The notes: generated by a model not told the origin, from the letters alone. 64,000 bases of DNA from Vitrella brassicaformis CCMP3155 (GCA_001179505.1 CDMY01000267.1:1-64000); one strand, 5' to 3'; positions 23,410 through 36,409 are shown, counted from the stretch's first letter. A program made the numbers and translations.

Positions 23410-25190
23410 TGTGTCAGGTGCGTGGGAAGGACAAGCGCGTGGCGGGTCGGTCGGGCGGCAAGGAGGGGGCGGGGAAGCGACAGCAGCAGGCCAGCAACCC
23501 CCACAACACCAACCCCACAACCAATGGCACCAAACAGGCGGTCTCGCTAGCAGCACTGGCGGGAAGTAAGCCTAGCCCAGCAGCAAAACAGACACATCCA
23601 TCCATCCATCCATCCACCCACCTCTCTCTCTCTCTCTCTCTCTCCGTGCAGCCAATTACTTGCAGCAGCAGAACCAGCAGCAGCAGAACCAGCAGCAGCA
23701 GCAGCAGCAAGAGGCTGGTCGTGTGGGCATCCTGCAGCGGCTGCACAGCCTGCACAAGGAGGAGCACGAGCTGCGGATGATGTAAGTACTGGCACACCAA
23801 ACCGCATCCTTTGCGGTGGATGGGTCGATGGGCGCATCTGTGTGTGTGTGTCTGTTCAGGCTGTCCCGGCAGCAGAAGCAGCAGGCCTTTCTTGAGAAGG
23901 AGATCGGCGCCGTCCACAAGCGGTGCGGATCTCCTTCTCTATGTCACCTTACGAACACACACAGCAGGTGTGTGTGGAACTGTCACTTGTGGTCATTAGG
24001 TCTGAGATATGCGCCTTAGAGCTGTGCGATGAGCGCATCAGGTACACACACACACAGACACTTGCAGTCCAGTCCTTCCATCCATCCATCCATGTGTGTG
24101 TGTGTGTGTATGTGTGTGTGTGCAGGCACAACCACACGATGCGCCTGTTAGAGGAGGAGCGCGCCGCCTTCCACAAGACCATGGTCGACGTCCAGACGCA
24201 AAACAGCGCACTCACCGAGAAGAACAAACAGTACGCAGCCAACAACCCCCTGCCCCCAGCCACAGAGAGGCGCTGGCAGGATGCGTGTGTCTTTGTGTGG
24301 ATGTGTGTGGATGTGTGTGTCTTTGTGTCGGATGTGTGTGTCTGTGTGTCGTGTCGTTAGTTTGGAGTCTATGCTGTCGACCTACAAGAACCGAGAGGCT
24401 CTGCGCGGAAGCGTCTCGCCGTACTCGGACTACTTCTGGGCGTAAGCCGCACACCCACACACACAGACACACATAGACTCACGTGTGTGCCTCTGTGTCT
24501 GTGTCTGTGTGTGTGTGGTCTGTGTGCAGGACATCGGAAGCTCGTGTGAAGACCTCGTGTGTGTCGGACCTCGAGGCCCTCAAAACCAACATAGAAAACG
24601 CACAGCGCGCCATATTCAACACACAGGTCCTCCCCTCTCTCTCACACACACACACAGAGAGAGAGAGAGATGTGTCGATGGATGGATGGATGTATGTCTG
24701 TGTGACTGGGTGGTGTGTCTGTCAGTCGACATTGAGCCTGCTGGTAGAGTACGCCAACGAGGAAGCCGAGAGGCTCAACGAAGTGCAGGAGCAGGTCCCC
24801 TCCGCACTTGCAGGCCTGCCTGTGCCCATCCATCCATCCATCCGTGTGTGTGTGTGCCCGTTGCTTTGCGTTGCGTCGTGTTAGGTGAAGGCCAAGATGG
24901 CCTCGCTGATACTGGTAGAGCTGAGGGACCACAAAGACCACCACCAGCAGCAGCAGCAGGAGCAGCAGGGGGAGGAGGAACAAGTGACTGAGGCACACAA
25001 AACCTCACAAACCCACACACCCACAGAGAAAGAAAGAGAGGGAGAGAGAGAGAGAGAGAGAGAGAGGAGGGACAGACACCACACACACACCCCCCCTGTA
25101 TGTTTGCAGGAGTTGTCGGAGGACGGGTGGGAGCATGTGGGCGGCACACACGACAAGAAGCACGGCGGTAGGGGCAGGAAGAGACCCTGA
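21609..25190 (+). CDS. Hypothetical multi-exon protein: helical (TPR-like) N-part, low-complexity N/T/Q linker, coiled-coil C-part
   Basis: Exons join in frame: EQARVCVERARVCYEQRSSKECRAYCNEGIRLL.., LAACQEADNAIELHNKIE, GILQRLHSLHKEEHELRM, RLLEEERAAFHKTMVDVQTQNSALTEKNK, DLEALKTNIENAQRAIFNTQ. Ends GGRGRKRP*. Confidence 0.7.
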
Positions 25191-25370
25191 CTGACACACT
25201 GACACGCCCTCACCCACCACTACCAGCCCCCAACGAGGCCAGTTAGCAGTAGAGCCCATCCATCCATCCACAGAGATAGGGGGTAGGTAGACAGCCTCTG
25301 TGTGAGGCGAACCTGCCAGCCACCGTGCCTGTAGAGTAGTGGAGACAGACAGACAGACAGACTGACACAG

Positions 25371-26250
25371 GGAGGGAGGGAGGGAGGGAGGGGTGGGTGG
25401 CTGTTCTTGTGCAGATTGACTGGCTCAGGGAGAGAGGGGAACGTGATTGATTCCAATGCCTGTCTGCCGTGTGTGTGGGTGTGCACTTGGCGAGGTCGAC
25501 GTCTGTATGGTTCGCTGCAACAGAGTGGGCCATGCAGCGGTGCAGCGCGACAAGTGGACACACGCCCACAGGCGGCAGCTCAGCGATCGATGGACGGACA
25601 GACGGACGGACGTTGCTTGTGCAGAGGGGAGGGGAGGGTTCCAATGCTCTGTGTGTGTGCCGGCTGTGTGCCTTTCCTCATAGTTGAGCCGGAGGCGTTT
25701 GTGTGGTTTGCTGTGCACAGCAGACCAAGCGGACGTCCCCGTATCGGATGTGAGGAGGGGAAGGCGCACACGGCGTGCACACGAGCGGTGAATGTGTGTG
25801 TGTGTGTTGATGGGTAGACTGCTCGACTGTCGGCGATGGACGCTTTGCTGCTTCTCACCAGTGAATGAATGAACGTATGTGTCCCTCCATCAATCCATCG
25901 TCTGTCTGTGTATCGCTCGCTCAGCCAGCGGCCATCCATCTCTCTGCTCCACACCACCTCTCTCACGGCTCACACATCAACGTTGTCTCCGCTCACGGCC
26001 GCACGGCCATCTACCTATGCCTGTCTGTCTAGATAGATCTACAGCCGTCCGTCACTCGAATGTGCAGTCAGATCAGAGAGACGGCTCCCCTCCCCCTTTA
26101 CGACAAATAAACAAATGCACACCACACCAGCTGCCAACTGGCTCTCAGTCAATAAAGAGATCAGCGTCTAAGTGAGTCAGCCAGTCAGTCAGTCAGTTAG
26201 TCAGTCAGTCAGTCTGCACAAGAACAGCCACGCCCCATCCCTCCCTCCCC
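25371..26250 (+). mobile_element. Dispersed repeat family, copy C (longest), bounded by imperfect terminal inverted repeats; MITE-like candidate
   Basis: Left end GGAGGG..GTGGCTGTTCTTGTGCAGATTGACTG; right end CAGTCTGCACAAGAACAGCCAC..CCCTCCC. No coding capacity seen. ACAG on both sides is only a weak TSD candidate. Confidence 0.5.
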
Positions 26251-26259
26251 ACAGCCTAT

Positions 26260-27068
26260 CTATCGCTTCCTCCCCGCATCTTTGCTGGGAGAATGCACCT
26301 CGGCTGACGATGACGATGACGACGACGGCTCAGACAAGCACTTAGGGGAGAAATCCGCTGTGATGGTGGCCGACGCTCTGTGCGCGTACACACAGGCAAA
26401 GCAGCCAATGGCACGCAGACACTGACTGATGAGTTAGTCGACTTGTTTTGGTCTGTTGGTGCTTGCGCTCACCCACCCTTTGTTCTCATGTTTGAAGAAA
26501 CTGCCGACAGCCCTCACAGCGTCCAACATCGGGTCTGCAGCAACACGTCCAACACGCCACGCACACAGCCATGCAAAGGTCCAGGCATCCAGGCAGGCAG
26601 GCAGGCATCCAGGCCGATGCACACACACTACACGACTCCGTCCGTTTGATGTCCCCACTCACTTGGCTGGTGGATCCTGATGACGATGGGGTTGTCGGGC
26701 GTGCCCTCCCTCACGAAGACGTCCTTGACCTTTACGTCCGGGAAGGAGCCGAGGCCATAGTTGATGCCCTCCTCCCACGCAGTATGCCCCTCGCCGCAAT
26801 ACGTGAAGGCCGGCGCCACGTCTTTGGTGATAGATCTCTGGTGTCCACACCTGAGCCTTGACGTGCCCGAAGACTGAGGAGAATTGACAATACAGACAGA
26901 CAGTCCGTGTAAATCCCCCACTCACTGCCTGCGCTCACCGTCGGCAGCGAGATCGACGAGGTCTGTGTTGTCCGTGTAGGGCACAGAGAAGCGAGGCACC
27001 AGGCGGAATGGCGTCTTCACCAGGCGGCTTTCCTGTTGAACCTCCGCCCACTTACGATGCTCCTCCAT
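26260..27068 (-). pseudogene. Hypothetical gene with an apparent 1-nt frameshift at 26832 (pseudogene or assembly error)
   Basis: MEEHRKWAEVQQESRLVKTPFRLVPRFSVPYTDNTDLVDLAAD|VFGHVKAQVWTPEI [extra T] ITKDVAPAFTYCGEGHTAWEEGINYGLGSFPDVKVKDVFVREGTPDNPIVIRIHQP|NPMLDAVRAVGSFFKHENKGW|CLSEPSSSSSS..RKR*. Both segments show coding-like GC3-rich codons. Confidence 0.5.
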
Positions 27069-27470
27069 CCTGTGGGCTTTCCCTCGACGCTCTCTCCGCC
27101 AGCTGAAACATCCAACACCGTTTTGTGAAAGATCTCCGTTTCTGACGAGAAAGTTTGCAGCGGAGCGGTTTCACGGGGAAGTGCGGTCTGCGAGCTTGGC
27201 GAGCAGAGGGGAATCGGCCCGCACGAGATCTCGTGGTGATTCTGTGACTGGTGCGAGCCTCCCTCTTACGCTTCGCATCCTCGGGTGAGGCGGCAGTGAG
27301 TGACAGAAAGATGCATTGACTGACATGGCATGGACAGGAGGAGGAGGAGACCTCTATAGAAAGAAACCAAGCAAGCCAACAAATGCCTGCTCCCGTGTGC
27401 TGTGTGGTGGCAGATAGATAGACAAGACGGACGAGTGTGTGAGGCGCTGAGTCAGCGACGGGGGAGAGGC

Positions 27471-29728
27471 ATGTCTGAGTCCGCGAGTGTGGGGACGAAG
27501 CGTCCGGCCGAGCAGGTCATCAACGGGCAGCCGGACGGCCCGGCCAACGCTCCAACGAGCGTCCAGCAGCAACAGAGTGGGAGTGGGGAGCAGCCCAAGA
27601 AGCTGAGGCGGTCACGATGGGGTCAGGCGCCAAGCGACGTGGATGCCACCGCTGCAGCACAGAAACAGGCACAGCCACAGTCGCAGAATGGTCAGCCGAG
27701 GGGGGGAGTGGTGCACACACACACACGCGCAGGCAGGAATGCATTCGTTTATTCGTCTCTGTCGGTGTGGGTGTGTGTGTGGCTGTGTGCAGGTCCGTCG
27801 TCAGCTCAGCCCCCTCCCCCCTCCTCAGCACCACCACCAGCAGCAGCGGCGGCAGCGGCGGTGCCGTTCGATGTGTCGCTTGCCAAGAAGGCTATGGAAG
27901 GTCAGATCGATAGAGTCATACCCAATACCCACACCCACAGCCACACCCACCGAATGTGCCGATTGACAGATGCGCTCGCCAAGGCCAAGGAAGCAGCGGC
28001 GCAGAAGGAGGCCATCCAGCGGCGGCTCATGGCCGCCCAGCAAGCCTCACAGCAGGCCGCGACACCCACACCCGCACCACCGGCAGCGCTGCCGCTGAGT
28101 GGCGGGCTGAACCTGGCAGTGTTGCAGGCGCAGCAGCAGCAGGCCCTGCAGCTGCAGCTCGCCAAGGCCAAGGCGCAGGCACAAGCTCAATTGCAGGCGG
28201 GGATGCATCGGGCCATGGGTGCACAGGGAGGTACGTATCTGACTGAACAGCATGAAGGAAGGCGCATTTGTGATGGATGGATGCATGTGTTTCGGTGTGG
28301 TGTGGTGTGGTGGTGGGTGCGATGCAGCGATGCGTCCGCTGCGTGTGGATGAGTTTGGCAGAGAGGTGGACGAGGAGGGCAAAGTCGTACCCATCAAGCC
28401 GCAGCTCAGATCTACTCTCAAGGTACCCCCCTCACCCTCCCCCTCCCACCGACACAACCCCCTGTCCCTCCCTCTGTCCACTTTTGTGTGTGTCTGCCCT
28501 GCCCCCAGGTGAACATCAACAGGGAGAAGGAGGAGCGCATCAAGAAGAAGCCCTTCGCCCGCGTCAAGCCCGACAAGAGCGTCGTCGACCCCAAAAAGAA
28601 CCCCTTCTTCGACCCAAACGTCAGAGGCGGAAAGGTCAGTCCGCAGATGTCTCTTCTTCTCGTCTGCCCCCCTGCAGCTGCCACACATGAGACTGCTCAT
28701 ATTGCTGTGTGTTGTTGTGGTGTGTTGTGGTGTGTTGTGTTGCTGTGTCCTTCCTCCTCTTTGGCTGGCTGCCTGCCTGGCAGAAAGCGCGCCGCGGCTT
28801 CCACTTTGTCGAAGAAGGTGAGCAGGCAGGCAGGCAAACTACCGAGCTGGCCAGCGGCACTCTGTCCGCATGGGTGCATTGGTGTGTTCAGGGACGTACG
28901 TGAAGCGTGAGCAGCAGATACTGAAGCGCGCCGAGGCCAAGGCGCTCGGCATCGACCTACAGAAACTGCACGCCGAGAAACAGGTCGACACCAACCCACC
29001 CACCCATTATCCACCCGACACACACGTGTCGGCGTGTGTGGTGTGTGTTGTCAGGCGCGTGCAAAGGAGGAGAGTGCTGCGCTCAAGAAGGAGCAGGGCG
29101 AGGGAGATGAGGAGTTCAACCCCAACCTCATCCCACTCGGTGAGCACACACACGCCATGGCCACTATAATGATTCACTCCATCACTCATTCAATCGCAGG
29201 TGGGCTTGGTCCTGCCATGAAGCTGCCGACGTTGTTCCCGAAGCAGGAGGAGGGAGAGGAGGGTCCTGATCTCGACCTCGAAGGGGAGGAGGAGGAGAGG
29301 GTTTCTCTCTCACCCTCTCTGAGGGCGGACAGGGTGGTGCCGGTCGTCGAGAGCATCAAAATGCGCCCACGGGTGAGCTTGTCTGGATGGATGGATGGAT
29401 GGGTGTGTGTGTGTGTGTGTGGTGGGTGTGTGCAGGAGATCATCCCCGAGGTGGAGTGGTGGGACAAGCCCATCCTGAAGGCCAAGACAGACCAAGAAGG
29501 CGTCAAGAGAGAACAAGAGGGAGAGGGGGAGGACTTCAACTGGGTCATCAACACGGTGAGTGTCCGGGCCCCACACAGGCAACCAACATGTGTGTGTGGA
29601 TGTGTCGATGTGTGGGTCATGTGTGTGCAGGACAAGATCACCCACTATGTCGAGCACCCAGTTCCCATCAAGGTAATCCAGCCAAGTCACCCCCCACCAC
29701 CCCACACCAGACACTGGAGGCATGTGTG

Positions 29729-29759
<31 letters not shown>

Positions 29760-30619
29760 CCACGGGGTGGATGCGATGCAGCCCGCCGCCGAGGCCGACT
29801 CCACTGTGACCCCCACCATGTACCTCACGCAGAAAGAGCGGTGAGCCCCCACATCACATCACACCAGACAGACAGACACCCACCCCCCCCCTCCCCCTAC
29901 AGACGCCACGCCCACACGTGTGTGTGTTGTGTGTCCGTCGCCACCATGCCTGTGCTGTGTGCAGAAAGAAGCTGCGCCGTCGCCGTCGCCAGGAGAAGGA
30001 GCAGGAAAAGCAGGACAAAATCAAAATGGGACTCATCCCACCGCCACCGCCCAAAGTCAAGGTGCGTGGCGGCCTGACACCACTCACATCACAGCGACCC
30101 GATGCACAGATGGGTGGGTGGACTGTCTATGTGTGTGTGTCTCTGTGTGTGTGTGGTCGGTCAGCTTTCCAACCTCATGAAAGTCCTGGGCAACGAAGCC
30201 GTTGCGGTGAGCTGAAAGAGCGCTGTCAACACACACACACACACACACAAACAAACACACACACAGAGAGAGCGAGAGAGGGAGGGAATGGATCTCTTGT
30301 GTGTGTCTTTGTGTGTGTGCCAACACGTGTAGGATCCCAGCAAGATCGAGAAGCAGGTCAAGCACCAGATGGAGAAGCGCATCAAGGACCACGAAGCCCG
30401 CAACGTGGTATGTGATGTGACGACCTGCACAGACACCCCACAGCCCCACACCACCTCTCTCTGTGTGTGTTATCTGTGTGTGTGCAGGCTCGTCAGTTGG
30501 CCCCCGAGGAGCGCAAGAAGAAGAAGATCAGCAAGTGGCAGAGCTCATCGGGCGTCGACTTTGAAGTCGCCATCTTCACAGTAAGACACACACGCAGATA
30601 TACACACACGCACGCACAT

Positions 30620-30654
<35 letters not shown>

Positions 30655-31625
30655 TCTCGCGGGGTGGAAACCTTTCTGTGTGTGGATGTCTGTGTGTGTG
30701 TGCAGGTCAAGAATTTCGAGAGCCGGCGGAATGTCTACAAGGTGAGTGCGTGAGTGCGTTGACACATGGGTGCGCATATGTGTCTCTTATCTATGTGGTG
30801 CCTGCCTGTGGCTTCCTTCAGGTCGACATCAATGCCCAGCAGTTCCACCTCACGGGCGCCTGCGTCATCTGCCCGGCCGCAAACACACACTGCGTCATCG
30901 TAGAGGTATGAAAGGAGAGGGAGAGAGGGAGAGAGAGAGAGAGGAAAGAACCCCCCCACACACACCCATCGCCCATCCATCCATCCATCCATCGATGTGT
31001 CTCTCTTCCAGGGTGGCCCCCGGTCCATCAAGCGTTACAAGAAGCTCATGCTGCGCCGCATCAAGTGGGAGGAGGGTTCCGATGCCGCGGCAGCGACCAA
31101 GGGCGAAGAGGCCGACACCAACATGAGTGGGGGCAACGCCGAGGGAGACGACGACGAGGTACCTCTGTCTGTCTGTCTGTCTAGGGGGGCTGGGACATAC
31201 ACGCCTGGCATCTGTGCGTGTGTTGTGTCTCGATTGATTGCAGGAAGACGAGGACGATGAGACGGGCAAGAAGGGGAGCAGCACCTTCTGCCAGCTCGTG
31301 TGGCAGGTCAGTCTATCAGCCACCGCCTGTGTGCCCGCCCCCTACACCAATCTGTGTGTGTGTGGTGGTGGTGTGCAGGGTGTGGTGGCCACGCGTGCCT
31401 TCAAGAACTGGCGAGTCTACAACACCAAGGGCGAGTTTGAGGCAAAGAAGATCTTCTCCGACAGACACGTGGTGCGTTCACCGCGTGTATGCACCCACGC
31501 ACACACATCCATCCATGTGTGTGTGTCTTCATTGTGTTGTGTGGTGTCGTGTTGTGTTGTGGTGTGTGCAGGAGTCGTATTGGGACATGGTCAAGAAGTT
31601 CCGGCCCGCAGAAGCGGACATTTGA
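27471..31625 (+). CDS. PRP3: U4/U6 snRNP protein Prp3
   Basis: PLRVDEFGREVDEEG, STLKVNIN, IPEVEWWD, ITHYVEHPVPI, MYLTQKERKKLRR, KIKMGLIPPPPPKVKLSNLMKVLG, KVDINAQQFHLTG, VEGGPRSIKRYKKLMLRRIKW, CQLVWQGVV, SYWDMV. Confidence 0.96.
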
Positions 31626-32492
31626 TCTCGTCATCGGTCCGTGTACGCGTGACGCCGCCTTGTCGTTATTGTGCTGGCAATCTTTGCTCAACCGGTGCCG
31701 ATCCATCGGTTGCAGTGAAGGTCGTCAGCGAGAAGCGAGCAAGGAAGCGCCACGCACTCACAGAGAGAGAGGGGTAGGCAATGAGTGGATGGACACATGG
31801 TTTGTCGGTCGGTCCGCGGGAGGCGGTTGGAATGGGTGGAGATGGTGTATGCGCGCATCATGGTTCCGCATGGTTCATACGTGTGTGCGGGTGGACGCTC
31901 GTATAGACAGACCATATGCACGAGGGCATCCATCCATCCATCCATTCATTGGTGAGAAGCAAAGCATATATAATCCGAGCACACCCACATACATACACAT
32001 ACACATACATACGGGTCCGTTTCCATCTGGGCAGCGATCCTGTCGACATCTGCGAGCTTAGCTACAGATCATCCCCTATATGAATTTTAAAACCGGGGTC
32101 TTTTTCCCCTTGGAATTCCGATGCGTGTAGGCAGCGTATGCGAGAGCTGTTTTGGTTAAGCAAAACTAGACAGCATGCTCTCGCTTCTGATGCCATTCGC
32201 ATGTCGTTCGGCAGCCGAACAAAGGAGGGAAAAAAGAAAACGAATTATGGCAATCCCTTCCAGTTTCACGCATTGCCTAAACATTCGCCTTTACTGTTTT
32301 ACGGACACGCCTGCCCGAAGGGCAGGCACTCCTTCGGGCAGGCACTCCACTTGTCTCGAAGAGAGAAGAGAGGGAGGAGACGTGTGCTCCCGTCCCGGCC
32401 TTCTTCTTACATCGGTGTGACACTTCGGAAGTGTCGCATCAGTTGGCCTCGCCTTGTGTGGTGTTTCCGGGGAGGGGCGGATGACCAGCGAT

Positions 32493-33184
32493 ATGGCAGG
32501 TGACGACGAGCTGCAAAACATCAAGATCCAGGACCCCTCACCACCCAAGGACAATGACGATCACTCGGAGTCTGGTACGTATACAATGCCAACAGGCACC
32601 GCAGTCAGTTGTTCTTGATTGATTGATTGCTTGCGATTGATGCAGAGGGCCTGATTCAAGCCAGCAGGACTTGCAGCAGGACCGCCGGGGCGACTTTAAG
32701 TTATCCCTATGCCGCTCCGTGGAAGGTCATTATCCTGTTCCTTGTCCTCTTCGGTTCTATGGCTTTCGTCTTCGTACGCGCCTGTGTCGACAAGCAGTAC
32801 GCCGACTCCTGGCCCGAGTGGTACCGTTTCCGCGGCATCCCCCTCCCGCGGACAGTCGTCATCTATTTAGGTGCGGTCATCTGGGTGCCTGCTTTTGTGT
32901 TTGCCGTAATGGCGCTGTACGTCAAGGTGGTCGTCCGGCCGTCCCTCCAGCTGTATTCAACATACGCGCTTGTGCCATCTGAGGTCACCGGCCGCGTGCA
33001 GACGGTGCACTTCTCGTCCGTCAGCAGCACGAGCCTCCGTGCAGCAGCGATTGAGATCATATTGGGTGGTGGCCAGGGGCGGCAGAAGCGTGTCGAGATC
33101 TACTCATACACGTTGCCGAAGGGGAACAGGGATCTTGACGAGGTGTGGAGCTTCATGAAGGCCAGGACTTGTCCTGATCTTTAG
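32493..33184 (+). CDS. Hypothetical two-TM membrane protein with a cytosolic beta-rich C-terminal domain
   Basis: MAGDDELQNIKIQDPSPPKDNDDHSES| splices in phase into the 185-aa ORF. Hydrophobic segments: VIILFLVLFGSMAFVFV and VVIYLGAVIWVPAFVFAVMALYV. Confidence 0.7.
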
Positions 33185-33948
33185 GGGAGAGGGCGGGCAG
33201 ACAGGCAATCGGCCTGCCTGCCTGTCTGGTTACATACACATACACATACACATAATCCACTTGTGTGTGTGCGTGGATCGATGGATCCATTCAGCGGTGA
33301 GCTTTCTGTCTGTCTGTCTGTCTTGAGTGCGTATCTGTGCGTCTGTCCTCCCTGTGTCTGCTATATGAAGGTCGTGCAGGCAGGCAGGCACTGAAGTACA
33401 TGTGTGCCGGATGGACGTATCGATGGATGTCGTACGGCGCATGCGAGTCAACATATAGTGAGGTGCTTTGTTTTGCCCGTGGGGACAGAGTTTACTCTTT
33501 CGTCGGTGTCGATGCAATCGATCAATGCTGTGTGTGGTTGGGTGTCTTCATTTCACGCCCCAACGTCCACCCACATACACACACCCCACTCGGCAGGCCA
33601 TTGCATAATGCCTTCGTTCCAATTGCACCAGTGGTGTGCTGTGTGAGTGATTCGGCATCCACCGATCCACACATGTGCTCACACAAGCACATGCATGTCT
33701 TTCTCTGTGTCTCTCACTCACACACACACCTCTCCGCCACCCACACCAGCACCCCACTCATTGCTCCTCCGTTAGTGGATAGACAGACGGCTGCGTGCGT
33801 GTCACTGAATGGTATGTGTACCCAATGAGTTAACTGCATGCCGTGGCCACTCATGGATGGTTGGTTGCGTCCAGCAGTGAGAGCATCGATCGGCGGTCGC
33901 TGAGTGTGTTGGCTGGCTGAGGTAGATGACCTTGGTTGGTGGTCGCAT

Positions 33949-36266
33949 TTATGAGACCGACCAGCTGGGTGTTGGCCGTGGTGGTGTTGTTTTGTATGGG
34001 TCAGCTGAGGAATATATGCATCTCAAGAAGTGTGGCGTTGTTCTACCCTCCGGAGACGGAATACGCGGCGACACGTACATGGGCGCCTTCACCACAACAC
34101 ACAAACGCACGACACCACATGAATGCAGCGCAGCGCAGCAAGGATGCCGGTCCATCCAACGCTGCACACAAACAGGTCTGTCTGTCTGCCCGTCCGTATG
34201 AGTCGACGAAAGACAGCACGGCCTCACTCACTCACCAGCCCCTCGATCGATCGATGCACATGCACATCGCATCGCATCACATGCACAGTCCGTCCCCTCC
34301 CTCCCTCCCTCCCTCCCTCCCTCACGCCCATCCAAGGCGTCTCTCGATTCGCTGCAAGAGGTTCAGCCGCTCGCCCGTGGTGCTGTCTGTCCACAGCTTC
34401 ACGGGGTTCGGTGCGATGCCGCGGGCCGGATTGCCCACCAAACGCTCGTTGCCCTTCGTCTGTACACACACACACATATACATATGTACACACACATATA
34501 TACGAGAGAGAGAGAGAGAGAGAGGGAGACATTGGATGTTCAAAAGGCCGGTGGCTCCCTCCTTCCAATTTGCCTCGGCTGACCCACCTTGATGATGTGG
34601 GCTGCGTAGGCGATATGCTGTCGGATGTCGATAGCGATATCATTCTTCAGGTGCAACTTGAGGCTAGGGATGTCATAGCTGTCCTGCAGGTGCGGCTCTT
34701 TGCCCACGCCTTTCGCCAGCACATGAGCCGGGAGGCCGTGAGCCGCCTCGAGGTGCTCGAACAGGCGGGTAGCTTCCAGCGAGCGGACCGGCCGGAGGGC
34801 GTCGTTGACTATCTTCACCAACTCACGGCCCAACTGGCTCCGACGCATCCGAGCCGCCGCAGCCTTGTCCTCCTCTTTGTCCTTCCTCCCCTCACGGGCC
34901 CTCACTGCCTCCTCCTTGTTCCTGGATGCCCGAATCACCTGACAACCACCCAGACAGCCACAGAAGTAAGCACCATGAAAGCGTGTTTCCTCCCTCCGTG
35001 CTTGTGCACCTTTTCGATTCTTTTCCCCGCTGTCTCCATGGCCGCCTCTGCCGGCGACAGACGCTTTCTCTTCCCCCCTGCAGCCGGCTGTTGGCTATCA
35101 CTCTCCCCCTCCGCTGGCAGCCTGCTGCCCACGCCGCCCTCCTCAATCAACACTCGCAGACGAGTCAGCGGAATGGCCGGATGCATAGCCGCAATGGACA
35201 GCGGCGTCAGGAAGGCGTCTCCGTCCACGCTCACCGCCTCGTTGACGTGCACCTTGCCCCCATGGCGGCAAAGCCATTTGACGGTCGCAGTGCCGCTCGC
35301 ATGATGGCCGCGGTGGGACGCTGCTGCGACGTGCAGGGGCCGCCAGCCCTCGGCATCCTGAGTGCGGATGATGGCAGCTCCTCCCTTGGCGTGCAGCAGA
35401 TCGAGCAGCTGCTCCTGCCGCTTGGGGTCCCTCAGTGGCAGCTCACAGAAACGGTGGAGGGCCGTCTGGAGGTCGGAGTCGGTCTCGGTGGCCAGGGAGG
35501 GGTCGGCGGACAGCAGTGACATAGCGATGCGCACCTTGTCTTCGTCGGGGACGCTCTTGGCCTCAGCGAGGGCGTGGAGCAGACCTTGGCCGGCCAGCTG
35601 CGGTCGGCCCTTCAGCAGAGCATCGACAGCCTCACACATGCCCCTCTCCACAGCTGTTTTGAGGGCCATCCCTCCACCCATCCCCTCGCCGACGTCCATC
35701 TCCATGTCTCCGTGCGCATCATGGCTGGCGGCGCGGGCGACGGATTTCTTGTTCTTCTTCCTCTTCCTCTTGCGAAGGGGCTCCTCGTCCTCGTCTCCCT
35801 CGATGAGGGCTGCCTTGTGGATGTCAGGCTCCTCCACCTCTGCCTTGGGAGCCCGACGCTGCTGGGCGGCGGCATGACGGGCGGGCTTCTTGGCCTCTCT
35901 CGCCAACATATTGTTCTCTCCCTCATCCATCATCTCGACATCCTTGCCCTCTCCATTGCCCATCTGGACATCTCCCATCTCCCGACTCCCCTTCCCCTCC
36001 ACCCGGCCCCTCCTCGCAGCGGGCTGCCGTGCGGCTGCCCGGGTGTGTTGTGGCTGGCGCCCGTCCTCGCATCCCTTTGGTGGTCTTTCTCGGGGGCGGA
36101 TATCTTCTTGTGTCGCCTTTGGGCGGCCTTGTCGAGGGGCTCGTCGTCCTCGGCATTGGTGAAGGGGTGGAGGTCATAGAGGCGGATGGCCCCGGTGGCG
36201 GCGGCCACTGCAGCGAGATGAGCTGCCTCCTCGGCCTCTCTCCAACTCCTTCAAGTTGGCGGCAGC
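33949..36266 (-). CDS. Ankyrin-repeat protein with basic NLS-like motif and unknown C-terminal domain; 5' end disrupted or unresolved
   Basis: ANK-like repeats: ALKTAVERGMCEAVDALL, LQTALHRFC, EGWRPLHVAAA, FLTPLSIAA. NLS-like: LRKRKRKKNKK. Downstream exons: VIRASRN..AAHIIK|TKGNERLVGNP..ERRLGW, and a tentative last exon APMYVSP..*. Confidence 0.7.
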
Positions 36267-36409
36267 CTGCACCGATAAGCGACATACACATACAGAAGGA
36301 AAAGAAAGCAACAATGAGGCCATGCAGCTTCGAATTGGGCATAAACAGGCATGGAGTGTGCCCATCATGATGGCTCACGTGCTCTTGGTGACAAAGCATG
36401 CATTAGACA

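Noticed and set aside
25367-26254. ACAG as the target-site duplication of copy C
   Set aside because: ACAG is the unit of the ubiquitous (GACA)n repeat and also precedes copy B, so it is not diagnostic.
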